64,000 nucleotides of DNA from an uncultured Chloroflexia bacterium. GTDB lineage: Bacteria > Chloroflexota > Anaerolineae > Anaerolineales > UBA4823. A program made the position numbers and the translations under genes. The notes below the pieces were generated by a model. It searched no databases, was not told where the DNA came from, and worked only from the letters and a program-made list of their open reading frames with translations. Each line of letters opens with the position of its first letter. Positions within the stretch are counted from its first letter, which is position 1. This document shows, piece after piece, positions 17,876 to 26,511 of this stretch. The stretch is from positions 397,854 through 461,853 of the forward strand of contig CAWBUW010000012.1 of assembly GCA_963792075.1 (NCBI GenBank), read 5' to 3'.

Positions 17876-20245
17876 ATGTCCCTGACACCCCGTGTGCAGC
17901 AGCTCCGCCAGCAAAGCCTGGCAGCCGTCGAGAGCTTGTCCAGCGAGCGCGCTGAATTGATGACCGCCTTTTACCAGGAGCAAGGCAAGCGCCTGGTCTC
18001 AGTGCCGGTGCAACGCGCTCTGTCCTTCCAGTATTTGCTGGAGCACAAGACGATCTGCATCAACGCGGGCGAGCTGATCGTGGGCGAGAAAGGCCCGGCC
18101 CCTAAGGCGTCCCCCACCTATCCCGAGCTGTGCTGCCACAGCCTGTCAGACCTGGACATCCTCGACCAGCGCGAGAAGACCAGCTTTAAAGTCAGCCCGC
18201 AGACGCGCCAGGCCTACAAGAAGACAGTGATCCCGTTTTGGGAAGGCCGCTCGATACGTGACCTGATCTTCCAGGAGATGACCCCTGCCTGGATCAACGC
18301 CTACGAAGCGGGCATTTTCACCGAGTTCATGGAACAGCGCGCCCCCGGCCACACGGTACTGGATGACAAGATCTACCGCCTGGGCATGCTGGACTTCCAG
18401 GCGCAGATCACGGAGCGCCTGGCGAGCCTGAATTTCCTGCACGACCCACTGGCTTACGAACGCCAGGAAGAGCTGAAGGGCATGCACATCGCCGCGGGAG
18501 CATTGGTCCGCTTCGCCGAACGGCACGCCGAAAAAGCCCGCCAGATGGCAGCCCAGGAGGCGGACCCCCAGCGCCGAGCCGAGCTGGAGCAGGTCGCCGC
18601 AGTCTGCACACAGGTGCCGGCGCACGCCCCGCGCACATTCTGGGAAGCGCTGCAGTATTACTGGTTCGTACACCTGGGCGTGACCATCGAGCTGAACACC
18701 TGGGACGCCTTTTGCCCCGGCAGGCTGGACCAGCACCTGCTGCCCTTCTACCAACAGGGCCTGGCTGAAGGCAGCCTGACGCGTGAGCAGGCCGAAGAGC
18801 TGCTGCAGTGCTTCTGGATCAAGTTCAATAACCAGCCTGCGCCGCCCAAGGTGGGGGTGACGGCTGCCGAGAGCGGCACCTACACCGATTTCGCCCAGAT
18901 CAACGTGGGCGGCGTGCGCCCGGATGGCTCGGATGGGGTCAACGAGGTATCCTACCTGCTGCTGGACGTGATCGAAGAGATGCGCCTGCTGCAGCCCTCC
19001 TCCTCGATCCAGGTAAGCAAAAAAAACCCGGACCGCTTCGTCAAGCGGGCGGCGCGCATCATCCGCACCGGCTTTGGCCAACCATCCGTTTTCAACGCCG
19101 ACCTGATCGTACAGGAGCTGGTGCGCATGGGCAAGAGCGTGGTGGATGCGCGCTGCGGCGGATCGAGCGGCTGTGTGGAAGTGGGAGCCTTCGGCAAAGA
19201 GGCCTATAACCTGACCGGCTACTTCAACCTACCCAAGGTCCTGGAACTGACGCTGCACAACGGCTACGATCTGCGCAGAGAGAAACAGCTTGGCCCACAG
19301 ACGGGCGACCCGCTTACATTCCAGAGCTTCGACGAGCTGTTCGCCGCCTTCGAGGCGCAGCTCAACTACTTTATGGACGTCAAAGTGCAGGGCAACAACG
19401 TCATCGAGCGCCTGTACGCCCGCTACATGCCCTGCCCCTTCCTCTCCCTGTTGATCGATGACTGCATTGCCCGCGGCAAAGACTACCACGATGGCGGCGC
19501 ACGTTACAACACCAGCTACGTACAGGGAGTGGGCATTGGCACGATCACCGACTCGCTCTCCGCTTTGAAACACCACGTCTACGACCAGGGCGTGCTGCCT
19601 ATGGCGGAAATGTTGAAAGCGCTGGATACCGATTTCGCCTCCGCGGAACGCACGCGCCAGATGCTGCTCAACCGCACGCCGCGCTACGGCAACGACGATG
19701 ACTACGCCGACCTGCTGATGCAGCGCATCTTCGAGGCCTATTACCAGGCCGTCGAGGGGCGGCCTAACACCAAGGGCGGTGAATACCATATCAACCTGCT
19801 GCCCACAACCGTACACGTGTATTTTGGCGCGGTGACCCAGGCCACGCCGGACGGGCGCCACGCCGGGCTGCCGCTCTCCGAGGGTATCTCACCGGTGCAG
19901 GGCGCAGACCGCTGCGGTCCCACCGCGGCGATCCGTTCGGCAGCCAAGATGGACCACGTACGCACAGGCGGCACGCTGCTCAACCAGAAGTTCACCCCGC
20001 AGCTCCTGCAGGATGAGACCGGGTTGGACCGCCTGGTGCAGCTTGTACGCACTTATTTCAACCTGGATGGGCACCATATCCAGTTCAACGTGGTGGATGC
20101 AGCCACGCTGCGCGCGGCGCAGGCCAACCCGGAGCAATACCGCAGCCTGATCGTGCGCGTGGCCGGCTACAGCGACTACTTCTGCGACCTGGACCAAACT
20201 CTGCAGGACGAGATCATCGCCCGCACCGAGCACACATCTTTCTAA
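17876..20245 (+). CDS. Glycyl-radical enzyme, PFL2/dehydratase-eliminase clade, substrate unknown
   Basis: C-terminal glycine-radical loop LIVRVAGYSDYF. Thiyl loop GGSSGCVEVG (Cys, then Glu two residues later, not the PFL Cys-Cys). The ATG at 17876 is preceded by GAGGAAG and gives 789 aa. Confidence 0.9.
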   Translation: MSLTPRVQQLRQQSLAAVESLSSERAELMTAFYQEQGKRLVSVPVQRALSFQYLLEHKTICINAGELIVGEKGPAPKASPTYPELCCHSLSDLDILDQREKTSFKVSPQTRQAYKKTVIPFWEGRSIRDLIFQEMTPAWINAYEAGIFTEFMEQRAPGHTVLDDKIYRLGMLDFQAQITERLASLNFLHDPLAYERQEELKGMHIAAGALVRFAERHAEKARQMAAQEADPQRRAELEQVAAVCTQVPAHAPRTFWEALQYYWFVHLGVTIELNTWDAFCPGRLDQHLLPFYQQGLAEGSLTREQAEELLQCFWIKFNNQPAPPKVGVTAAESGTYTDFAQINVGGVRPDGSDGVNEVSYLLLDVIEEMRLLQPSSSIQVSKKNPDRFVKRAARIIRTGFGQPSVFNADLIVQELVRMGKSVVDARCGGSSGCVEVGAFGKEAYNLTGYFNLPKVLELTLHNGYDLRREKQLGPQTGDPLTFQSFDELFAAFEAQLNYFMDVKVQGNNVIERLYARYMPCPFLSLLIDDCIARGKDYHDGGARYNTSYVQGVGIGTITDSLSALKHHVYDQGVLPMAEMLKALDTDFASAERTRQMLLNRTPRYGNDDDYADLLMQRIFEAYYQAVEGRPNTKGGEYHINLLPTTVHVYFGAVTQATPDGRHAGLPLSEGISPVQGADRCGPTAAIRSAAKMDHVRTGGTLLNQKFTPQLLQDETGLDRLVQLVRTYFNLDGHHIQFNVVDAATLRAAQANPEQYRSLIVRVAGYSDYFCDLDQTLQDEIIARTEHTSF

Positions 20246-20251
20246 AAAAGA

Positions 20252-21670
20252 TCAGAATTGTGAGTGCAGGCCCTGGCGTTCGACCTCTTCATCGAACTGC
20301 TTCTGGCGAGCGCGGGCGCGCAGGCCGGCGCGCTGTAACTGCCAGAGGATAAAACGCACGCGGCTGGACATGGCCTTGGCGATATTCCATAATAGCAGAC
20401 TGCCCAATTCGGGGTCATCCTCACGCAGCGCCAGCAAGCGCTGGCGGTCCAGGGCCAGCACGATAGCCCCCTCCGCGCCGGTGATCAGGTCCGCGGTGCG
20501 CACACCTTCATCCAACATGCTCAGCTCACCAGTCATCTCTCCGGCCTTCAACTGGGCTGCCTTCTGCGGATGCCGGGGCAATTCGCCAGGACTTTCCGGA
20601 TCGCTCCACACTTCCACCGTGCCATCCCGGATAATAAACATCTCCTGCCGGTCCCGAGCGGGATCGACCAGGTTGGTATGCGGGGGGAAAGTATACTGGC
20701 GCATCTGCGCGGCCAGGCGAGAGCGCTGCGCCAGGCTCATACCATTTCCAAGCGAGGAATGCGCCAGAAAGTGGGCGGTCTCTTCGACGCGCGCCAGCTC
20801 CTGGTCAGACACCGGGGTGTACAGCGCATCGCTGAGCAGCGGTAGGCCCAGGTAAGATGACACCAGCCGCCGCGTGGCGTCCGGGCTTTCAAAGTGCGGC
20901 CAGTGACCAGCCTTCGGCAGCAGGTGCAGGTCCGCCTTGGGCCATTCATCTGCCACCACACCGGTGTCGCTCAGGGGGACCGTATTATCCTCCGCACCCC
21001 AAATTGCCAGGGTGGGCGTCTGGATCATGCTGAGCTTACCGCTCAGGTTATTTTCGCGCATGGCGAAGAAACACTCAGCCCGCACGCGCCCCTCGCCGGG
21101 ACGGCGAGCGTCCGCCCGCAGCCGGACGTAATCCGCCTGGGTGATCCCCGAGCGGTCCGCAAACGAAACTGGGCGCATCAGCCGGTCCGTCACCCCCATG
21201 AATGCTCGCTCCATCGCCGTGACCAGGAACTGGCCCAGGCCAAAACGCTCCATCATGGTCACCGGTGAAACCATCAGGTTGATCGTGGTCGAAAGGCGGC
21301 CGGTGATAGTTGGGCTGACCAGCACCATACGCTCGACCAGCACCGGGTAAGCGCGCGCCAGCGCAATCCCGATCATGCCGCCCATCGAATGCCCGACGTA
21401 TACCACCGGTCTATCACTGACCTTTTCGATCAAGCCGGCAAGCAACTCGACATATTTGTTAATCGTCGTACGCTCTTTGAACGGCGGTGAGCTGCCGTAT
21501 CCCGGCAGGTCTACCGAGATGCAGTGAAAACGCTGGCTCAGCAGCGTCGCAAGCGGCGTCATGGCATACGAGGAGCTTGACCAACCATGCACCAGGATCG
21601 CTTCCTGGCGGGCAGGCGAACCAAATTCGACGGTATGTATATCTTGGTCTTGGATCGTGTAGACCGGCAT
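20252..21670 (-). CDS. Alpha/beta-hydrolase fused to a C-terminal cyclic-nucleotide-binding (CAP_ED) domain
   Basis: 472-aa ORF. N-terminal hydrolase with nucleophile elbow GHSMGG. C-terminal cNMP-binding pattern FIIRDGTVEV...GELSMLDEGVRTADLIT. Confidence 0.8.
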   Translation of the reverse strand: MPVYTIQDQDIHTVEFGSPARQEAILVHGWSSSSYAMTPLATLLSQRFHCISVDLPGYGSSPPFKERTTINKYVELLAGLIEKVSDRPVVYVGHSMGGMIGIALARAYPVLVERMVLVSPTITGRLSTTINLMVSPVTMMERFGLGQFLVTAMERAFMGVTDRLMRPVSFADRSGITQADYVRLRADARRPGEGRVRAECFFAMRENNLSGKLSMIQTPTLAIWGAEDNTVPLSDTGVVADEWPKADLHLLPKAGHWPHFESPDATRRLVSSYLGLPLLSDALYTPVSDQELARVEETAHFLAHSSLGNGMSLAQRSRLAAQMRQYTFPPHTNLVDPARDRQEMFIIRDGTVEVWSDPESPGELPRHPQKAAQLKAGEMTGELSMLDEGVRTADLITGAEGAIVLALDRQRLLALREDDPELGSLLLWNIAKAMSSRVRFILWQLQRAGLRARARQKQFDEEVERQGLHSQF

Positions 21671-21674
21671 ATTT

Positions 21675-21685
21675 TTCCAGGCTTA
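21675..21685 (-). promoter_or_regulatory. 11-mer TAAGCCTGGAA just upstream of a start codon (also at 61454-61464)
   Basis: The minus-strand sequence TAAGCCTGGAA ends 4 nt before the ATG at 21670. The identical 11-mer ends 5 nt before the ATG at 61448. Confidence 0.35.
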
Positions 21686-21722
21686 AGGAACGGGTCGATT
21701 CTATTGTTTGGATAGTTTGCAA

Positions 21723-21742
21723 CATCTCAATAAAAGGGGGAA
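21723..21742. repeat. 18-nt motif CATCTCAATAAAAGGGGG shared with 52181-52198
   Basis: 18 nt are identical at the two loci. Each lies 55-70 nt upstream of a minus-strand start codon and next to a G/C hairpin. Confidence 0.5.
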
Positions 21743-21906
21743 CACCCCCCGACTTTTTGAAATGTTACGATAGTTTTCAATTATAGATCAGGGTGCAATA
21801 ATTGTGTTGTTTTATTTTTTCTATGCTAAAATCATACTGCGGTAGGATCAAGGGGGGCATTTATTGGTTTTTTACCTGTAAGCTTTGGGTGGATTTCCCC
21901 GTTCAT

Positions 21907-21926
21907 AAGTGGCGCTGCCACTTTTT
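21907..21926 (+). terminator. Terminator-like hairpin plus T-run inside the 5' leader of the SBP gene (possible attenuator)
   Basis: AAGTGGC-GCT-GCCACTT followed by TTTT, about 25 nt upstream of the AAGGAG RBS. A candidate extended -10 (TGCTAAAAT) lies at 21824-21832. Confidence 0.4.
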
Positions 21927-21953
21927 AAACTTTCTTTTCAAGGAGAATGAAAA

Positions 21954-23036
21954 ATGAAGTTCAACCGCTATCTGTTCGCCCTGCTGGTTGCGTTGGTTCT
22001 GGTCCTGAGCGCCTGCCAATCAGCCACCCCAGCCGCCCCAGCCGCCCCGGCTGCCACGGCTGCTCCAACCGCCGAGGTGATCCAGGATAAAGAGCTCAAC
22101 GTGCTCTGCACACCTTCTGAAGAATGGTGCCAGGGCGTGAAACAGGAATTTGAGGCCAAGTATGGCATCACGGTAAACTACGTGCGCATGTCAGCCGGTG
22201 AGGCGCTGGCCCGTCTGCAAGCGGAAAAAGACAACCCCCAGTTCGATGTCTGGTGGGGTGGCCCGATTGACACCTACGTGTCTGCCAAGGAAGCGGGGGT
22301 GCTCGAGGCCTACGATTCGCCCAACCTCAAAAACTTGCTCAACCAGACCCTGTACAAGGATGCCGATAAATATTGGGCTGGCATTTACGTAGGCACACTG
22401 GGATTCGCCACCAACAAAGACTGGCTGGCGGCGCATCCGGACGCCAAAGCCCCCAAATCCTGGGAGGATTTGCTCAAACCTGAGTTCACCGGGCAGGTGA
22501 TGGTGGCTCACCCCTCTACCTCCGGCACCTCCTACACCGCAATGGCAACCATCTTGCAGATCTACGGCGAGGAAGCCGGTTGGGAATACCTGAAGAAGTA
22601 CGCCGGGCAAATCTCGCAATACACCAAGAGCGGCGCCGCGCCGGCTAAGTTCGTCGGCCAGGGTGAGGGAGCCGTGGCGATCGTCTTCTCACATGACATC
22701 GTCAACGAGATCGAGAATAACCAGATGCCGCTGGTGCTGACCTTCCCCAAAGAAGGCACCGGCTATGAAATTGGCGGCATGGCGATCGTCAAAGGCGCCA
22801 AGCATCCCCAGGCAGCCCGCCTGTGGTACGATTGGGCGCTGACCGCCGAAGCCCAGGCGCTGGGCCCGAAATATAAAGCCTACCAGGCTCCTACGGTGGG
22901 GGGCGTCGAGCTCTCGCACCCAGAGCTGCTACAAGTCAAGCTGATCGATTACGACTTCCAGTGGGCCGGTAGTAATAAGAAAGCCTTCGTAGAACGCTAC
23001 ACCAACGAACTGGCTGCCGCCGAAAACCTGAAGTAA
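21954..23036 (+). CDS. Lipoprotein solute-binding protein, Fe3+/thiamine/polyamine-type (SBP family 1)
   Basis: 360-aa ORF. Signal peptide plus lipobox LVLSAC, an Ala/Pro linker, and an FbpA/PotD-like pattern. AAGGAG RBS. Confidence 0.8.
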   Translation: MKFNRYLFALLVALVLVLSACQSATPAAPAAPAATAAPTAEVIQDKELNVLCTPSEEWCQGVKQEFEAKYGITVNYVRMSAGEALARLQAEKDNPQFDVWWGGPIDTYVSAKEAGVLEAYDSPNLKNLLNQTLYKDADKYWAGIYVGTLGFATNKDWLAAHPDAKAPKSWEDLLKPEFTGQVMVAHPSTSGTSYTAMATILQIYGEEAGWEYLKKYAGQISQYTKSGAAPAKFVGQGEGAVAIVFSHDIVNEIENNQMPLVLTFPKEGTGYEIGGMAIVKGAKHPQAARLWYDWALTAEAQALGPKYKAYQAPTVGGVELSHPELLQVKLIDYDFQWAGSNKKAFVERYTNELAAAENLK

Positions 23037-23060
23037 ATCCATAAGCCTATTATGTTGTCA

Positions 23061-23092
23061 TGCTGCCCCAAAAGGAACCTTTTGGGGCAGCA
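23061..23092 (+). other. Intercistronic hairpin after the SBP gene
   Basis: A 13-14-bp perfect stem TGCTGCCCCAAAAG / CTTTTGGGGCAGCA with no U-tract, between the SBP stop (23036) and the permease RBS. Confidence 0.6.
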
Positions 23093-23113
23093 TGCCCCCA
23101 CCGAAAGAGGTTT

Positions 23114-25387
23114 ATGAACTTATCCAAGCGCCCTCCACTTTTTGCCAACCTGGCGCGCCGGTTTCGCGAATTTGAGCTGCTCTCGCGTGATCCAACCCTG
23201 GCCGCCAGCCTTCTCCTGAGCACTTTCTTCCTGGTAATTTTCGTGGTACTGCCCATCTACCAGACCACAATTACGGGCTTCTTCGACAAGAGCGGCGCGT
23301 TGAATTTCGAGTATTTCCGGCGCTTTTTTGACGCCTATTTCGGGCCGCTGCAACGCAAGATTTTCCTGGATACGCTCACGATGGGTGTGCTGACGGCTAC
23401 TTTTGGCACGCTGTTGGGGTTCATTTTTGCTTTTGCCATGGTGCGTTGTAATCTGCCCGGCCGCGGCCTGGTACATTTACTGGCGCTGGTGCCCACCGTC
23501 TCCCCTCCCTTCGCCATCGCGCTGGCTACGATCCTGCTTGCCGGGCGCAGCGGGCTGATCACCAAGAGATTGTTAGGCATCCAGTTCCAACCTGGCATGA
23601 ACGATGTGTACGGCATGGATGGGCTGGTCTTCGTGCAGGTGATTTCTTATTTCTCCGTGTCTTATTTGATCCTGCGCGCCATGCTGGAGAGGCTGGATGC
23701 GTCCATGGAAGAAGCTGCTGCCAGCCTGGGCGCAGGCCAGTTGACCATCTTTCGCACGGTAACGCTGCCGCTGCTCATCCCGGGCATTGCCGGGGCCTTC
23801 CTGCTCCTGTTCGTCGAATCGCTGGCCGACCTGGGCAACCCGTTGTTTATTTCGGGCAACGTGACCGTGCTTGCGGCGCAAATCTTCCTGGCAATTGTTG
23901 GCGAGTTCGATTACCAGAAAGCCGCGGCGCTGTCTGTGGTGCTCTTACTGCCCACGCTGACAATCTTCCTGGTCCAGCGCTATTATGTCAACCGCCGCTC
24001 GTATATTTCGGTCACCGGGAAGCCCACCGGCGGGCGCATCATCGAAAAAGACCCCCTGATCCGCTGGACGGCTAACTTGATCACCTACCTGGCCTGCCTG
24101 GTGATCATCGTTTTGTACCTGACGGTCTTCTACGGCTCATTCAGCACGGCCTGGGGGGTTAATTTCTCACCCACACTGCGCTGGTGGCAGCAAGCATTGG
24201 AGCGCGGCGTGGAAGCCATCCTGGATACCACTTTCCTGAGCGCACTGGCCACGCCTGCGGCGGTACTGCTGGGCATGGTGATCGCGTTCCTGGTGGTGCG
24301 CAAGAAGTTCAGCGGCAAAGAAGCGCTGGACTTTACCTCCAACCTGGGCGGCGCGGTGCCCGGAACGATCCTGGGGATGGGCTTTATCCTGATGTTTAAC
24401 ACTCCAAAACTGGCGCTGGTGGCGATCACTTACGCCATCCTGGCGCTTTTTTTCGTCTGGCTCACCGGAGAACGCACCTGGCCGCGATTGGTAATCCTGC
24501 TCCTGGGCACGCTGGCCGGGATCGGCCTGAGCCTGCTCGACCGCTGGCTGGGGCTGCCAGTATTACTTTATATCCTGGGCGGGCTGTACCTGTTCGCGGC
24601 GCTGCTGGCTTTCTTCGGGGCGCGTCACAAAGCGCTGGCAGCATTCCTGCTAACTGCCGGGCTGTACCTGTGCAGCTACAACCTGGCAGAGTACCTGGCC
24701 ACACCCATCGCTGCGTTCAGCCGCAGCATTCCGCGTGGTTTCTGGAGCAATGCCGTTTTCCAGCTTGCCGATTATATTAAGGTCTTTTTTCAGCTCCCCC
24801 CTGCCCTATCCGGCGTGGCTTTTCTACTGGCCTCCAGCCTGCTGCTCAGCCGGATGCGCGGGAAACTGAGCCTGCTGCTGAACACAATGCTTGGAGCGCT
24901 GACGCTGGCGCTTTCCTGCGCGCTGATCTTCACCGATAAACCGCTGGCTCTGGTGGGAACGCCTTTTATCATCTTGGCGGCTTACATCGTACGCAGCCTG
25001 CCCGCCTCGGTGCGCGCTGGCGTCGCTGCGCTGCACCAGATCGACCCCTCCATCGAAGAAGCTTCCAACATCCTGGGGGCGGATGCCCAGGTCACTTTCC
25101 GCAAAGTCACCCTACCGCTGATCACCCCCTCGCTGCTGGCCGGCCTGATCTTCAGCTTCACCCGCCACATGACCAGCCTTTCGGCGATCATCTTCCTGAT
25201 CACGGCACGCTGGCGCATTGTCACTGCCTCGATCCTCAGCGAATGGGAACAGGGCGGGGTGAGTATCGCCGCAGCGTATTCTACCGTGATCATCGTGATC
25301 GTCTTATTGGCGATCGGCCTGATCTATGCGCTAACCCGGCGCGCGCTGGGCAGCGATACTGGCATTGACCTCAGCCTGGGATCGTGA
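23114..25387 (+). CDS. Fused double-domain ABC permease (FbpB/ThiP-like) with a large hydrophobic insertion
   Basis: Two EAA-loop regions (EEAAASLGAGQLTIFRTVTLPLLIP and EEASNILGADAQVTFRKVTLPLITP). The ATG at 23114 follows AAGAGG. The upstream extension overlaps a hairpin. Confidence 0.8.
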   Translation: MNLSKRPPLFANLARRFREFELLSRDPTLAASLLLSTFFLVIFVVLPIYQTTITGFFDKSGALNFEYFRRFFDAYFGPLQRKIFLDTLTMGVLTATFGTLLGFIFAFAMVRCNLPGRGLVHLLALVPTVSPPFAIALATILLAGRSGLITKRLLGIQFQPGMNDVYGMDGLVFVQVISYFSVSYLILRAMLERLDASMEEAAASLGAGQLTIFRTVTLPLLIPGIAGAFLLLFVESLADLGNPLFISGNVTVLAAQIFLAIVGEFDYQKAAALSVVLLLPTLTIFLVQRYYVNRRSYISVTGKPTGGRIIEKDPLIRWTANLITYLACLVIIVLYLTVFYGSFSTAWGVNFSPTLRWWQQALERGVEAILDTTFLSALATPAAVLLGMVIAFLVVRKKFSGKEALDFTSNLGGAVPGTILGMGFILMFNTPKLALVAITYAILALFFVWLTGERTWPRLVILLLGTLAGIGLSLLDRWLGLPVLLYILGGLYLFAALLAFFGARHKALAAFLLTAGLYLCSYNLAEYLATPIAAFSRSIPRGFWSNAVFQLADYIKVFFQLPPALSGVAFLLASSLLLSRMRGKLSLLLNTMLGALTLALSCALIFTDKPLALVGTPFIILAAYIVRSLPASVRAGVAALHQIDPSIEEASNILGADAQVTFRKVTLPLITPSLLAGLIFSFTRHMTSLSAIIFLITARWRIVTASILSEWEQGGVSIAAAYSTVIIVIVLLAIGLIYALTRRALGSDTGIDLSLGS

Positions 25388-26511
25388 ACTTTTCTGACCC
25401 TGCGGGCCTGGCTGAACCATCAGAATCGGATAAAACTATGTACCTGAACCTGAACGACATCGTCAAAATCTTTCCTGCTCGCGGCGGCAACCGTGAAGTG
25501 ACTGCGGTCAACCACGTCTCGCTGGATATCGAAAAAGGCGAGCTGGTTACCCTGCTGGGACCATCGGGCTGCGGTAAAACTACCACACTGCGCATGATCG
25601 CCGGTTTCGAAATCCCCACTGCGGGGGATATTCTATTGGATGGGCGCTCGATCAACATGCTTCCGCCTCACCAGCGCGAGATGTCTATGGTTTTTCAGAG
25701 CTACGCCATTTTTCCCCACTTGAATGTGCTTGAAAATATTGCCTACGGGCTGAATGTCAAACATACGCCGAAAGATGAAGTCGCCCGGCGCGTGGCCAAA
25801 GTGATGGACCTGGTGCAGCTTGGCGGATACGAGCAGCGCGCGCCTAACCAGCTTTCCGGAGGCCAGCAGCAGCGCGTGGCGCTGGCGCGCGCCCTGGTGA
25901 TGCGCCCCAAGGTGCTTCTGATGGATGAACCGCTCTCCAATCTGGACGCCAAGCTGCGCGAACAGATGCGCACCGAGATCCGCCGCATCCAAAAAAGCAT
26001 CGGCATTACCAGTGTGTACGTGACCCACGACCAGATTGAAGCCATGACGCTGTCTGACCGCATCGTGGTAATGAACCAGGGCGTGATCGAACAGGTCGGC
26101 CCACCCCCACAAATCTACCGCCGCCCGGCGACGCGTTTTGTGGCCGATTTCATCGGCCGGGCGAATTTTATCGAAGGCCGCGTGCTCGAACAGAAAAACG
26201 GCTCGCTCAGCGTAGAAGCCTTCGGCAAGGCGCTGAACGTGATCAAGCCAGAAGTTTCGCTGCTACCCGGCAGCCCGGTGACCCTGGTGGTCCGCCCGGA
26301 AGCGTTCTGCATCGGGCAGTCCGGCAGCCCCTGGCAAGGCGTTGTGCGCCGCGCCACATACCTGGGCAATGCGATTGATTATGAGGTAGAGATCCACGGG
26401 CAGGTGCTGGTGATCCAGGAGACCAATCCCCTTCAAACCCAGATACTGGCAGAAGGCGAACAGATAGGGATCGCTATCCTGGAAGATTGCGCCCACGTGC
26501 TACCGAGGTGA
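25384..26511 (+). CDS. ABC transporter ATP-binding protein (FbpC/PotA-like) with C-terminal regulatory domain
   Basis: Walker A GPSGCGKTT, signature LSGGQQQRVALARAL, Walker B LLMDEP. The start is either the GTG at 25384 overlapping the permease stop or the ATG at 25438. Confidence 0.85.
   Translation: MNFSDPAGLAEPSESDKTMYLNLNDIVKIFPARGGNREVTAVNHVSLDIEKGELVTLLGPSGCGKTTTLRMIAGFEIPTAGDILLDGRSINMLPPHQREMSMVFQSYAIFPHLNVLENIAYGLNVKHTPKDEVARRVAKVMDLVQLGGYEQRAPNQLSGGQQQRVALARALVMRPKVLLMDEPLSNLDAKLREQMRTEIRRIQKSIGITSVYVTHDQIEAMTLSDRIVVMNQGVIEQVGPPPQIYRRPATRFVADFIGRANFIEGRVLEQKNGSLSVEAFGKALNVIKPEVSLLPGSPVTLVVRPEAFCIGQSGSPWQGVVRRATYLGNAIDYEVEIHGQVLVIQETNPLQTQILAEGEQIGIAILEDCAHVLPR

Noticed and set aside
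21671-21953. TPP riboswitch upstream of the ThiB/FbpA-like transporter, and a cobalamin riboswitch upstream of the corrinoid-protein gene (31344-31359).
   Set aside because: The 283-nt region contains no CUGAGA box or other TPP hallmarks. The spacer before the corrinoid gene is only 16 nt. A leader structure of unknown class remains possible and is reported as a finding.
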